Assembly (NCBI GenBank): GCA_963693365.1
Contig: CAVNZM010000009.1
Location: 929,731 to 993,730, forward strand
From: Amoebidium appalachense
Taxonomy: Eukaryota; Protista; Ichthyosporea
Direction: 5' to 3'
Length of the DNA: 64,000 bases
A program made the translations under genes and the position numbers. The first letter of the stretch is position 1. Each line of letters starts with the position of its first letter. Shown here piece by piece: positions 1 through 50,598 of this stretch. The notes under the pieces are model-generated. The model made no database searches. It had not been told where the DNA came from and saw only the letters and a program-made list of their open reading frames with translations.

Positions 1-23
1 GCGTGTGCGTGTGCGTGTGCGTG

Positions 24-94
<71 letters not shown>

Positions 95-305
95 GTGTGT
101 GCGTGTGCGTGTGTGTGTGCGCGCGCTCGTGCATCTGTCTCGCTGTTGGTGTCTGTGTGTGGGCGTTTGTGTTTGTTTATGTGTGTGCTTTTGCATCTGT
201 GTTGTGTGGGCTGGGAGGGGGGGGGGGAGGGGGGGGGAGGAGGAGGAAGAGGGGGAGGGGGAGGAGTGGAGGGGGGAGGGGGAGAGGACAGGGGCGTTTT
301 TTTTT

Positions 306-337
<32 letters not shown>

Positions 338-382
338 GGGGGGGGGCGGAGGAAAGGGGTGTTTTTTTTGTTTTGTTTTTTT

Positions 383-422
<40 letters not shown>

Positions 423-439
423 TTTAAGCAGAGACATAC

Positions 440-20732
<20,293 letters not shown>

Positions 20733-21450
20733 GACTGCGAATAATGAACATGCATGCGTGAAAACTACTAATGCAGCGTGTTGGTCACCAAAATTGGCTA
20801 TTCAGACAAAGGCACGGAGGAAACAGGAACAAAATTGTGAGGGTGGGAAGGCGTGCATTCAATGTTGATGGTGCACTTCGACTCAAAGACTACTGCAGTA
20901 CAAACACGTCATGATCACTTCAAGTTCGAACCACAGCAGTTCAAGATGGCCGTGGTTCGAACTTCGAAGGCCGACGTGTTTGCGACATCATTATGTCAGG
21001 GAATTGATGCCCAGATCTAAACGGTTGCGTAAGCTTTATAACCATATATAGCTATTTAAAGATTTGGCGCGAAACATTACACCAATCGAAACCCTCAAAA
21101 AGCCTGAGGAACTGAAGGCACTACACCGTGTACAGCACCACACTTCTGGCGGAAGAAGTTGCCCGTGGGCCAGGTGACTGAGGGGCCGTTCGACACCACT
21201 ATGGCGGATTTGGAGTGTTGGTCAAAAAGTTTAAAGAGCTTGACAGAGCTCAGACGTCAACCCCTCTCCCGGCCCCCTTCCGTTTACCGGCCGGCACCCC
21301 CCTCCCCCCCCCCCCCTCCCCCCCCCCCCCCCCCCCCCCCCCCCCAAAAAAACACACACGCACACACCTACACACAAAACACACACACAAAAAAAAACAC
21401 GCGCACATGCACACATGCGCGTGCACACGCACGCACGCCCACACACACAT

Positions 21451-21483
<33 letters not shown>

Positions 21484-22152
21484 TCACAGAAAGACACACC
21501 AGCGTAGCCTATATAGCAACTTCTTCAAAGACAGAATAACAACTGGTAATTCTTCAGCAGCTATAGGGCTGTACATGCACATATTAAGTAGCTGCATTTA
21601 TATCAGTCACATTCAAAACTTGTGGCATAACATCTAAGTGCTCTCTTACTACAATACGCATATCTCGAAAATTTCTCTCTTTGGGGCCGGTACAGGGCCA
21701 ACTCTTTGGGGACGCTAATTAGATCTAAAAGCCTAATCCTACTTGAGTACTTTGTGTTATAAAAAAAAAAGGAGGGGCCGGAAGGGTGTGAGAGGAGACA
21801 AATACTGTATAAGTGAAGAAAAGGGGCGGGGAAAAACAAACAAACAAGCAGGGCAACCAACCATTGCAACAAACCAACAAAAAAAAAAAAAAAAAAAAAA
21901 GCCTGCGTACTCTGATCAAGTGTACACACGAGTTGTTGCTACTCATAATAGCTATGCCATAGACAGATGATTTGAGCTCTATCTGAGTGAGATTCACTAT
22001 CATACAAAAAGGACAAACACTTAGCCTAAGTGCGCCAATACCTTCCTACGTATACATGTCTAAAAACATCCTTCTAAAAAAAAAGCTACATGTAAGACGT
22101 CATAGAACGACCCAACCGCCGTTTATTCTGCCCAACCCCACCTCCATTTCCC

Positions 22153-25100
22153 CTACCCATTGCCCCTGCTTGCTGATACACATTTTGGTTTATTTGAGGC
22201 GTTTGCCCCATTCCCGCATTCACGTTTAACCCCCCCCGATCCTCGTCTCCCCAACGAATGCGCACGTGTAACTACCATCGGCTCCATCGAATATGCCTCG
22301 GCCGCGGCTGTGTTCAACCTAACCAATCCCCGTCTTCCCAAAGAACTCACACGTGTAACCAATGCCGGCTCAACCGATATAGTTTCTGTATCCGCATATG
22401 TCTGCGGGGTTGGTACAGTCGACCGCCGACCCAGTTTCGACGGAGGGTGCCCAGAACCTACCAGAAAGGGTGTCTGCTGTGGTTCGGGTTGCACGTGATC
22501 ACCCGGATATCCATACGGCCCCATGGATCCCCGCCTTGGAGGGTGCGGGTGGTGGTGGGGTGCGTTTTCCGATCCTAGCTCGGGTAATGTTACACCCGGG
22601 GAATTTCGTTGGGGAAGATGGCCGTGTAAGAGGGGGGGTCTGTACTGGTGTTGGTGTGGGTGGTGCATATCTACCGTGCCCATTTGGGGCATTTGAGCCA
22701 ATTCGAAGGAACCCCGGCGCCCCGCCGGAACATGGTGCATGTGGGGGTCATGTTGCTGCTGAATTTCATACTCACAGTGTTCGGGGCTCCCCATCCGCTG
22801 GGTCATGTACGCCTGCATACTATTTATCATATTTGGGTCGATTACCATATTTGGGTGCGGGTCCATAAATTCCCCGGACATGGATCGGCTAAGGTCCCGC
22901 GGTAGGCCGTGTGGATGTGTAAATTCGCCGCTCATCGCGCGAGGAAGACCGGTAACGACCGCGCCGGCCTTGAGAAATTCTGCCATTTGCGAGTCCGAAA
23001 GACCCGCAAAAACCCCAGGCCCTACCGTGCTCATGGTACGGGAGAGCTGCATGCCTGAGTGTGTCATTGAAAGGGTGGGATCGTCCTTCTTGGATTTCTT
23101 ATAATACCAATATAAGACAAATCCGATAACCGCCAACACGAGACAGATGATAAACACGGCGGCAACACACGATACTGCAATAAGAACATAGCGCAATGTT
23201 TCATTGATCCCGCCCCCTCCGCTCTCCTGCGACGCTGCTTTGGCGGTGTTGTAATCCACAATGACCCCTCCTTCGATAAACAAAACGACATCTCCCTCGG
23301 ACCCGGAGTACAGGGCGGTTGGATCTGACTGCGTGCTGTTTGATTGGATATTGTTAGCGGTTTGTCTCCGGCTCCGTGATTGGCTGTCGATCAGGTACAG
23401 AACTTGGATCGTCCAACTCATCTGAAGATTAGCCTCCATCTCCCCCTCCCGCGGCCCACACGCTGTTGCCTCCGAAAAAGGAAATACCACTTTCAGAGTT
23501 GAAGGTGGCGAAAACGTTTGCACGAGAGCCCCGATCCCGATTTTGACGATGTCGGTTTGGCATTTGGCGTCGGAAAAACTCGTCCCGTTTATAATCTCCA
23601 CTTTTAAAATCTTCGTGTTAGGGTCCGTGATATTAAAATCGAACGACCAATACGTAGCCCCCGTGTTCGGAAAGCGGTAGTCAGGCGAAGCAACCTCGGA
23701 AAAACTGTTGTCCGGGAAAAGCGAAAATCCGGAGATTCCAACGGGTTTCGGTGGTGGATTTGTTGAGCAAACACTGGGGGAGGCGAGGGAAATTTGGAGT
23801 TGGGCCGGGGGTTGATTGATAGCAGGACAGGCCCCCTTCCTACACCCAACAGTCAAATTTGCGATCGTAAAATCCCCGGACGGCATACACCCACCCACAT
23901 CAAACGAGAGCGACTGGGTGCATTTGCTCGATAGATTTGCACATCCCCCCGGGGTGAGATCGGAAATTTGGTATTTGGTGACGTTAATCGGTGTGCTATT
24001 TCCCGAAAAATACACCATTCCTGTCCCGTTAATACCCATCTGTAACATGAGCGGTGGCTGGACGTCGAATAAAAGTTCGATTGTAGTTTTGTTTCGAGGA
24101 ATGGCGGTGGAGGGTGGGGGACGAAAATATGCTATGACGTCGGTAATGGAGTAGAAGAGGGACGCTGCAAGCATGACGTTTTGAAAGCGGTCAACCGACA
24201 TTCTGTGTGTGTGTGTATGTTTGGGGGGGGGGGAGGGGGGAGGGGGGGTATTTATGTGCGTGCCGTGTGTGTGTGTGTGTGTATGCACGGGCGAGCTTTG
24301 TGTGTTCGTGCTTATCTGTGTATGTTTAAAGGGTCGTATGGGTGTGCGCCTGCTTGGATCTGGGCCGCTGGGAAGGGGGCGAGAGGGTGGGAAGTGGAGA
24401 AGGGGGGGGGGGGGGGGAGGGGGGAGGAATAAGAAGGTGGGGAGAGCAAAGAGGGGTTGACGGGATTGGTTGGGGAGGAGAGTTAGTATACACCAGTTCG
24501 CCATTGAATTCCAAAAGTTTTTGAATAACTATATAAGGTTCGTTGGTATGATCTGATTGGTTGTGCTTTCCGGTGTACGGTTTACGGTTGAGATTGAGCC
24601 AGAGCACTAATGTACAGCCTAGAAAGGGCAGTTTAAGCCCGATTTCATCTAGAAAACAGGTTTTTGTCAACTAGCAAAAGTTATTGGAAATAAAAAAACG
24701 TGCAATATTGTTATAAGGAGTCGCAGTGGTCCGACACGTCCTTCTTTGTCAAAATCGACGAAAACCGTCTGGGTGTGGGCCGGCGACCGCGACCCTTGGG
24801 CTGATCGTCTAAGACGAAATTAGCGTTTTTGCTTGTTTTGACCATTAAATAAGCGCCGGACACCCCAGGTTGCTTATATAAAAAATATGTGTCGCTTTGT
24901 TTCTCAAGTTAATAGTTAGGCGGCCAAAGCCTGCTTTCTGTTCATATTTTGGACTTTAAAGTCGTTATATGGTTTTTGGACTATAGCCATTAAGAGAAGC
25001 GGACCGTGAAATTTGCCGCGGCCCATGTTGAAGCGAGGCAACCAGCTTTGAACCACTACTTAGTGATTGCGAACTCGTGTATTCAGCCAACAAATGCATC

Positions 25101-25229
25101 CTAGTGTAGACGGTATTCGTTTTCATAATTTTTATCACTTTTAGCCCATTTTGGTCGACTGTGGCAATAACCGAGCCCGAGGTTTTGTCCTCATCAGCTT
25201 TATTCTCCTCTTCTATCCCCATCATCTCA

Positions 25230-25319
<90 letters not shown>

Positions 25320-25944
25320 ACGGAAAGGGCGTGGGGGAGTGGAGATGAGGGAGGGCGAAGAAGGAGGGGGAGGGACGGGAGGACGGAGGGAAGGGGGGGG
25401 GGGGGGGGGGGAGGGGGGAGGGAAAGGAGGGCGGGGGGTGGGGGGCTGGGGGGGGGGGGGGTCCCCAACACAGACATGCATGTGCACAAATAGATTCACA
25501 CATTCCAAAATTGACCATTCGATTTTCCAAAAGATGGACCGTGCAGACTATTCACCACATTGGTACAAATTCTCCTGCAGATCACCATCGGAGCAACATA
25601 CACACAAGAGCCAACACACACGCACACAAACAAAAGTACAGAAAGCAATATTGGCCGGCTGGAAGATGGAGCTGATCGTATGATGAGAGTGATACTAAGT
25701 GCATCAAAGAGATGAACCAGCGAGTTGGTGGGCTTGATGGAAAAAAGGAGGAAAGAGGGGGAGGCGGAGAAGAAAATGGGTCGGGTGGTGGGGGGTTGGA
25801 GGGATACGAGAGGTGGCGGTGGTGGTGGAAGGGGTGGGGGAGGGGGGGGGGGGGGGGGGGGGGGAAGGGGGTTTGAGTGCGTCATAAATTACGAAGTACA
25901 CATGAACAACGGATAAAACGATGCAGGAAAAAAAAAAAGGGGAA

Positions 25945-25977
<33 letters not shown>

Positions 25978-26790
25978 CTGGGGCTATACATACCGTATCC
26001 GCCCCATAAACTTCGTGATTCTGTTCTCCGTGCTGACCGGGTTTACAAACTCCCCGGGGTCTGCCAACGAATCTACCTCTTGCACATCTATCTGCACAAA
26101 CGTGCGCAGGTCCTTCCACGTCCCATTTGTGGCTCCTGGGTTGGTACATTTTTCAATGTTCGTCTGTCTGAGTACTAACGTGAACCCTGCCGTGCAGTCA
26201 GAGAGGATTTGAAGTTCAAAAGCGGTGATTGTGGCTGATGCCCCCTGACTCGGCCCAAAACGTGAATAAGAACAGCCGCCAAAGTAGATTTCTTTTATGA
26301 AAAAATAGTTGAACCAGTCTGAAAGTTTACCGTTGACGATTAGTCTTCCCCCAGCGAGCGAAAGTTTGGTTACTTCAATGGTCCTCTCCTTGGTGAAGAT
26401 TGAACTGTCTGTAAGTTGACAACTGAAGTTTTTGCCTGTCGTTGTATTGGACGCGTTTGCACTGAGAGATGTTACTTGATGGAATTCTAGACCATTCACT
26501 GTGGATGTTATGTTACGCACTTGTACCATAGGCACGGGTATGGTTGAGTTGGACTGCAGTTGGATAATAGAGCTCCCCTTTGTTGTAAGTGTAATGCCCC
26601 TTTCCATGGGGAGAATTAGTGCATGTTGTTCTATGTAATTCCCAGCTGCCAGCTGCAAGATGTCTCCATCCCCAGCAGATGCAATAGCAGAACTAATGGT
26701 TTGGACTCCCGGGGGCACATCTATCTTTTTCGCACTGCTAACACGCGTGGCTAGTGCCAGGAGCGAAAGAAAAGCTGTCAAGTGCCACAT
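22153..26790 (-). CDS. Type I membrane glycoprotein, ~948 aa: signal peptide, beta-helix-type N-cap, FRAS1/FREM2-C-terminal/ZP-like ectodomain, furin site, TM, P/H/Q-rich tail
   Basis: Exon 1 26790-25994 (signal MWHLTAFLSLLALATRVSS; TISSAIASAGDGDILQLAAGNYIE) ends CG|gtatgt. Exon 2 starts after (CA)n-AG at 24202 (A ATG TCG), joining in frame as ..GRIR-MSVDRF.. It contains RSRRQ, TM VLIAVSCVAAVFIICLVLAVIGFVLYWYY followed by KKSKK, and stops at 22153. Extra 3' exons cannot be excluded. Confidence 0.8.
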
Positions 26791-28518
26791 TTTTACTGCT
26801 CCTATTGCTTTGTTGACATTTCAACTGATGGAGATGCATGTTCCTCGGTTTTTTACACGTACATAGGTCATACGTGGGATAAAGAAGAAGGCAATTAGAT
26901 AGGTAGAAAAAGCCTTCCAAAGGCTGAGAAGAGTGCCTCACTCAGGTGTTGCCATAGCAGGTTGCTATGAGACTGAATTCAGTTCATCGTTTCAAGCACA
27001 CAACGCCTGAACGCACGTTGTGAAAAACGCGGGGGTGGTCTCCCGAAACTTGTTTGTGGTGTCAAGATAGAGGGGCCGGAGAAATCGATCCTTTCAATGT
27101 AATGTACGTAGCGTAGTTACACTTTATATTGCGTGTTTTAGAATTATATACAAAGACTGCAGTGTTTGATTAATAAAAGTTTTTTTAGCTCATTGGCTAA
27201 GATAAAGGGCTAAACATAATGCTTCAGAAGTTCAGGGGACGGAAAATCGAAAACATTTCCGGTGTGGAGGTTTGGGGGGTCCCATATGGGGAGTCCCATT
27301 GGGGACTCGTGCACAACATGATAAAATGCATTTTTTTCCATTCTTCTATTTAGCCTTCACCAATCAAAACCAAAGTTCTCTCAGTGGTTGGTATGTATGT
27401 TGTTCGTGCGTTTTCCAGAACTCTCCCAGACCTGGGTGCCTTGGAGACGGAGTGATATAGAGGCCGAAACAGATAACCGAGAAAACGCTCATAAAACATC
27501 AAAAATTTAATGAAACTAAAACACATGAAGCCCTTTTTCGAAGCTATCGTATTTCTTAATCTTCACAATGATATACGCCATGGTGACACGTTTGTACATG
27601 TAGCGTAGCAAACTTGCAACGAAGTACGTGTTAAACTCAGGAATGTGTTCATGCATACCAATGATGATATCGACACTCAGAGGCACCCATATGCGGCGTG
27701 CAGGCCACGTGCACACCCGAAAAACTTTCTATAATTGGCGGGCAACCTGTTGATGCATTTCTGCGCAGGTGTACTGGTTTGATGACATCAAAACAGCCGC
27801 CCAACGACTACTCTCAGTTCCACTTGCCTATGTGTTCGTTTTCTCAAAAAATAGACCGTGCAAACAAATTTAAATGTTGTTGTTGTGTCAAATTAAAAAT
27901 GATTCGAATTCTGTTGTTTTTCTTGCACTCTAAAACGGTCACTGGCGGTCAGCTCGGTAAGAGTTCATCGCCACCAAAATGCTCTTCACGCCAACCAAAA
28001 ACCCTCTGGGCCTCTCACTGAGTCCACGCTAAGGCTTACCACTGACCACAACAAGAAAATAATTATTATACTCTTGTGTAACCGCTGGACGCGTGGTCAC
28101 CCAGCACCGTGAGTAACCACGTCACATAATGTTGTCATGCAGTGAAGGCAACACGGCACGTGCGTCACGGTGCAAGCACTGCAGGTACGTGGATGGCGGG
28201 GTCACGAACCTCAGCGGGCCCCACGGGCCCACGGACCACGAGATGCATGCACATATATATATATATGACACATGGCCGCAAATGTGACGTATGGGCACGC
28301 ACGTGTGGGCCCGATACACTGATCATGAGTTCACGTTTTGTCTGGTTCATGGAGGCAACAACACATGTGATACCGGTAGTGACCGGAGAGGGTGACTTTC
28401 GATGGCACTTTATACGAAACGGGGGGGGGGGGGGGGGGGGGGGGGGAGGGGGGGGGGAGAGGGGGGGGGGGGGGAAAGGGGGGGAGGGGAAGGGGGGGGG
28501 GGGGGGGGGGAGCCTTGG

Positions 28519-28549
<31 letters not shown>

Positions 28550-28646
28550 GGAGGGGGAGGCACGAATGTCATCATGGCAGTTGCCTCTCTCCCCCTCCCC
28601 GTCTTTGATTACACACATACACACACACACACACGTGCACACACAC

Positions 28647-28682
<36 letters not shown>

Positions 28683-29468
28683 GTGCACACACACATGTAC
28701 ACACCCCACCCCACCACTGTGACGGTGACCGCCACGGCATCACCACCACCACAAGAGAGAAAATAACAAAAATCATGGATCCCACGGCTCTTTCTGCTGC
28801 CCATGCACCATTAAACATATTCAATGGTTTAATTCGTTCTTCGTGGAAACTTTTGTCAATGCCCGACAGGGTTCAGTGACTCTAAGACTTGACAGACGTC
28901 AGCTCTGAGCCACACATACATACATATCATCCACAAGATTCAGATCATGTCTCGAACAGATAGTGAAATTGCATACATAAACGTACGTATCAGATCCTTA
29001 GATCACATCACATTCGTTCAGATAATCATTATTTAGAGTGCTCAAACTTTGTTCTCTCCCTGTCCTTAGCCTGTGTCCACTTGGCAAGTGTCACAGTGTC
29101 CATATGTGTACCAAAGCCTGCGTATTGCGCACATATTCATCAATTTCAAAGTTTGCATGACATGTAATAAGAGAGTGGATGGGAAACGGTTCACACACAC
29201 TTATGGGCCGTTGTGTGTGTGTATGGCTGTGTACGTAGCGTGCGTGCATGTGCCACGGTGTGCGCAAATCAGGGTCACGGGCTGTGCAACAAAGAAACAG
29301 TTGATTGAGCCTCCCCGGAGAGAGAGAGAAAGAGAGGGGGGGGGGGGGGGGGGGGAGAGAGAGAGAGAGAGAGAGAGAGAAAGGGGGGGCGGGGGAGAGA
29401 GAGAGAGGGAAAGAGGGAGTAGGGGGAGGGGGGAAGAGAGAGCGAGAAAGAGAGGGGGAGGGGGGGGG

Positions 29469-29503
<35 letters not shown>

Positions 29504-29651
29504 AGAGAAGGAAAGAGAATGTGCGTGTGTGTGTGTGTGTGTGGTGTGTGTGTGTGTGAATGGGTGGGTGGGTGCGTGTGTGTGTGTGTGTGTGTGTGTG
29601 CGTGTGTGTGTGTGTGTGGATGTGTGTGTGTGCGTGCGTGTGTGTGTGTGT

Positions 29652-29720
<69 letters not shown>

Positions 29721-29917
29721 ATGTGTGTGCGTGTGTGTGTGACAGAGCGCATGCATAACATAGCGAAACCACCCCTTCCAAAGCAACCGCAGGATATCAT
29801 GCATGCACCGACAGTCATTCCAATTGGGCTGTGTCCAGGCACCTTTGCGCGCTAGCGCTACTGCTCCATCATGCACATTCAGCCATCCACCAGCACACAC
29901 GTGTGACTTGCATCCAA

Positions 29918-45708
<15,791 letters not shown>

Positions 45709-46970
45709 AATGAAACCGGGCTGCTTTGGGCAGCACACCAAGTGGAAAAGAGGTCATGCCTCACATGCCCGGCAGCTATCGTTTTCTCCCTTAAATTACC
45801 TCAACTGCCTCTGCTTATATATATTCTTTTTACGCGCTCATTCACTCAAGTGTCATGTTAAGAGCTAGGTAACCAAAATAATAAAGTTGGCTTATCAGTA
45901 TTTAAAATAGATAAGGAAAGCTGCTTTATGAACTTCCCACGCCCACAAGCCAGAGCTTTGTTGGCTGTGGCTCTAACCTGACTGTTCTTGAAAGGTAGTA
46001 CCTAAGATGCAACCTGTCGTGTCTTTGCCCGCCTAAAACACACCTCAACTTCAAAACATTATCTTTTGCTAATTCAAAATGCGGAAATCCGGAAACGGAC
46101 CTTTATCCATTATGTGGATTATGCAGAAATTGCGCTACTTTGCGGTCAGTTTCCCCAGTGGACACACACACACCAAGGCACTTGATCATGAAGGCAGGCA
46201 GATTTCAAGCCAATATTGCGTAATGAATTCGCGCCAAAATTTAGTGACCACCAATCAAATTGCGTTGATTAACGAGATCTGATAAATTATGCACAATCAT
46301 GCGAAATCCTGCAACCAGTTTGTGATAATTTGAGTCCGCTGGGTGATTTCGAAAGGTTTCGTTTTTTTTATTTCCAGTGTGCCCTGTCAAGGTTCAAGTA
46401 TAAGTGACATTAGTGGTTGGTGAAAATTAACAATAACTTTGCCAGAAAATAATACCTGTCGCGAAAGCTACAGTTCTATTGAGGTATGCAGCATCAATCG
46501 TTCCTGCATTTGCAGTGTTTAGGGCTGGCTCAGATCCTATTCTTCCCTTTTCTGGATCTCGTATGCAGGATCCAGGCTCGGATTAGATCAATCTGACAGT
46601 TGCGTGAAGAAACCTGCAGTGTTTTCCTTTTCCATTAATTCTTTTGACGGTGAAGGTGGATCTGGAGAGGGAAGGGGAAGAGGCAAGGGGGGAAGGGGGG
46701 GGGGGGGGGGGGAGGGGGGGGGGGGTTAGTTAGCGAAGTCCTGTGATTACAATTGATTACATCCTTATTTCCAAGGAACCCTTTAGTTAATCTCTAAATT
46801 GACAGGTAGCTTTTCACCTTCTTGGAAAGCACGCTGCAAGTCCTCGGGAAAGATGCTGCTTACAAGTTGCTTGACAGCGATTTTCACGTATCACTGGGTA
46901 GTCGTTAGAGTGTAAACATACAACCCACCTACCCCGTCACACCTCTCCCCCCCCCTCCCCTCCTCCCCCC

Positions 46971-47003
<33 letters not shown>

Positions 47004-47050
47004 CTTCCCCCACCTCAGACCTCTAATTTCCCTCTTTAACCGCAGAAGCC

Positions 47051-48918
47051 ATGATGCGCGCGATGCTTTTCTTTTTGGTTGCCTGCGCGGGGCTGACCTG
47101 TGCCAATTTTTTTGAAGCTGACGTGGCTGACACAAAGGTGCGTGAGTTTGATCTACAATGGTAACGATGGTCGTGGTGGGTGTTTTGTGTTCGTTGGTAT
47201 TGTATGCGCCCGTGTATGTGTGTGTCTGTGTAGAGTGTGCGCGTCTGCGCAAGTGTGTGTGTGCACACATGGGATTGGCTTTCTCATGTGGTGTTTATGT
47301 TCACATGTGCCTGGTCTTTTAAATGGGTCAACCCCCACATAAAACACACAAACACGGATATGCTCACATTTTCACACACACGCCCACAAGCACACCCACA
47401 CACATACATATACAGAGGAATCTATGACCACCCTCACACCAAAAAAAACACTAACAACGACGAAAAAACCCCAAAACAATCCAACACACACACACGCAGA
47501 CAGGAGCTAAGACCAAGTTTCTGCTTTCAGATACCAAGGCGCTACCTCGTGATGGTCTTGCCGTCAAACTTGGGTTGGGCATGCTCAACGTCACATCGTT
47601 TGCATCGGGTGGGGTGGGAAAGAAATGTGAGGGAGATCAGCTGGATGTGGGAGTGGCCGTGAGTGTCGATGGTGAGTGTGTGTTACTGCTGCACCAAACA
47701 CGAAGGCACCTTCGTTTTTCCTTTTCTTTTTCGCTTTTTTTCGTTTTCTCTTCTTTTTCTTTTTCTTTTTCTTTTTTTTTTTTAGCCCGGGGGAAGGTGG
47801 GGGGGAGGGGGGGGGGGGGGGGGTGGAGGGGGGTTGCATATAAACATCTTTTTCATTTTCTCTTCTGTTTTCTTTCTTTTCTTTCTTTCTTTTTTTATTT
47901 TTTTTTTTATTTTTTTTATTTTTTTTTGGGGGGGGGGGATGATGGCTTGGTGGGAAAGAGGGGCCTCTGAGGGGGAGAGTGTGTGTGTATGTGTTGGGGG
48001 AGGGGGGGGGGGGGGGGGGGGGGGGATGATGGCTTGGTGGGAAAGAGGGGCCTCTGAGGGGGAGAGTGTGTGTGTATGTGTTGGGGGAGGGGGGGGGGGG
48101 GGGGGGGGGATTCCTAATCTTTTTCATGCCTGCCCTCTTCTCCCTCCGCGACCTTGCCCATCCCGCATGCGCACACACACACTTGCACACGTGTGATGTG
48201 TGTGTAATAACTGGGTTGTTACCTTCCTGTGCTGTGATTTCAGCCACAAGACCACATCAATAATATGGGTCCGGTGACAACCTTTCTGCCTTATCTATTT
48301 ATCGTTGGTTTGTAGATTTGGGTAATGAGAAACAGAAAAGTTCTAGTCAAAACAGTGGTGGAAGTAAGAGTTATTTATTTTCTGTCTGGCGTACAAACAC
48401 ACACACAAACGCATCGCCATAGCTGATAAATACACACACGTTCACACATACAAGCACACACAAACACGAGGGCATGCAAATGATACCATATCTACTCACC
48501 GGCCTCTACCCCCCAGCCGGTGTCTCCTCCTTCTCCCCTCGCATCCGCATTCAGAAGTTTGACGAAGAGCACGGCTGGCAAACATTGAAAATGGGTATGC
48601 TGCCCTCCCCCCCCCCCCCCCCCCTTTTCCCCCCCCTCCCGCATCATATTCCACATTCTCCCCCCCCCCCCCCCCCCCCCCCCCACCCACCCACCCACCC
48701 ACCCACCCCACCCCACCCCACCCCCACCCCACCCCACCTCACACTCGCACCCCCACACGCCCACCCACTCACCTGCCCCACTCCGATGCCTACCCGACCG
48801 TGAGTTATAAAAAGCACATTTCGGTTTTAGCCATATTTTTAGCAATAGTCGCTCCATGTCGGTCAGTGGACTGTGATGTGTGTGTGTGTGTTTTTTTTTT
48901 TGTTTTTTTTCTTTTTTT

Positions 48919-48956
<38 letters not shown>

Positions 48957-49167
48957 GATGTATATTTTGGTGCCCCTTCCAGGCGTGAACACAGAACGTA
49001 CTGGCTTTGATATGCATGCGGGTTGTTGCAGTGCGTAATTTGCTTATGTGAGCTGTGTGATGTATCTGAATTAGGATGTACCCTGGTGAAGTGATGGAAT
49101 GGTGGGGGGATGCGGTGGAGATGGAGGTGTGGAGGTGGCTTAGCACTTTTCCCTTTCTTTTTTTTCC

Positions 49168-49243
<76 letters not shown>

Positions 49244-50337
49244 GCATGTGTGTGTGTGTCTCCGTGCATGTGCGTGAATGCACGTGTATGCATGCTTGTG
49301 TGCTTTGCTTTTTTTCGAATTTGGTGGTTTGGGTGTGTGTTTCTTGATAGTGGTCGTAGGTTTTGTGTGTGTGTGTGTGTGTGTGTAGTTGTGGGTCATT
49401 GTGGGCTGTTTTTACTTTTTTGTGTATATGTGCGTGTGTATTGAGGGGGGGGGGGGGGGGGGGGGGGGGGGGATGCTAGTGACAGTACTCTCTTGTGCTT
49501 TATGCAGGGCTCCTTGGTATTAATGTGGATTTGGACTTCACCCTGCCCCAGTTGGCCGGCCCAAGTGCCCCTTCGGTGTTTGAGCCGGGCAAACACTACG
49601 AATTCAGCCTGCACTTCAAGGGTGTGTGGGCCCGTGCTTTTCTCTTTTTTTTTTTTATTCCTTTGTTGTCGATGCTTTTGTTGCTTTCTGGAAGTGGGAA
49701 AGAAGATGGTGGGCACGAGAATTTGTTGTGAGACGACCCTCCAGGTGGGGGGGGGGGGGGGGGGGGGGGGGGAGGGTGAGGGGGGGGGGGGGGGGGGGGG
49801 CTGACGTGGGTCGGTGGTTGGGTGGTTGGTGTTTCAGTTTGGTGGTGGTGGTGGGGGGGGGGGGGGGGGGGGGGGGGGGGGAAAGGGGGGGATCAAGGTC
49901 GAACAGATTGGTGGCAAGGTTTGTGTACAGCTTGTCAAATTCGGGCGAAGAGCGAGAATATCTAGGTGGTGGATAGTATTTGCGAGTTTTGTACGTGTGT
50001 AGCCTGTGACTTTTTAGTTGACAACGCGTATGAGGCTACACAAAAACAATGTATTACCGCTTACCTTGGACTCCCCCCCCCCCCCCCCCCCCCCCTCCTC
50101 CTCGGCAAACACATTTCCCCCATTTTGCACATTTAACGTACTTATGTGAGGCCACACAGATGCCGAGATGGACACCCCGATTGGCCAGAAGGCGGTGTGT
50201 GTGAACCTCAACACGAGGGAGATAGTGGCCAAGGTGATGTCATTCAAGTGGCTCTACTACGACATACAGAAAGATTTGGTAGGTTGCCCCCCCCCCCCCC
50301 CTCCCCCCCTCCCCCCCCCCCACCCCCCCCCCGCCAC

Positions 50338-50413
<76 letters not shown>

Positions 50414-50545
50414 CCTCTCTCTCCCTTTTCTCATGCGCAACCACACCCACCTCACCGAGAACAAAACACTCGCACACACTCCTGTTCTTCCTGCTTCCCG
50501 GTGTGCTTCTCTCTTTCTCCTTTGCCTCTCTCTCTCTCTCTCCCT

Positions 50546-50598
<53 letters not shown>

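Noticed and set aside
24203-24504. N-terminal ~100 aa of the 783-aa ORF
   Set aside because: Low-complexity intron sequence upstream of the (CA)n-AG acceptor at 24202.
24965-25231. Protein-like segment (DEMMGIEEENK..) inside the membrane-protein intron
   Set aside because: No AG acceptor, and inclusion after exon 1 would give a stop; exon 1 splices in frame directly to 24202. Left uncalled.
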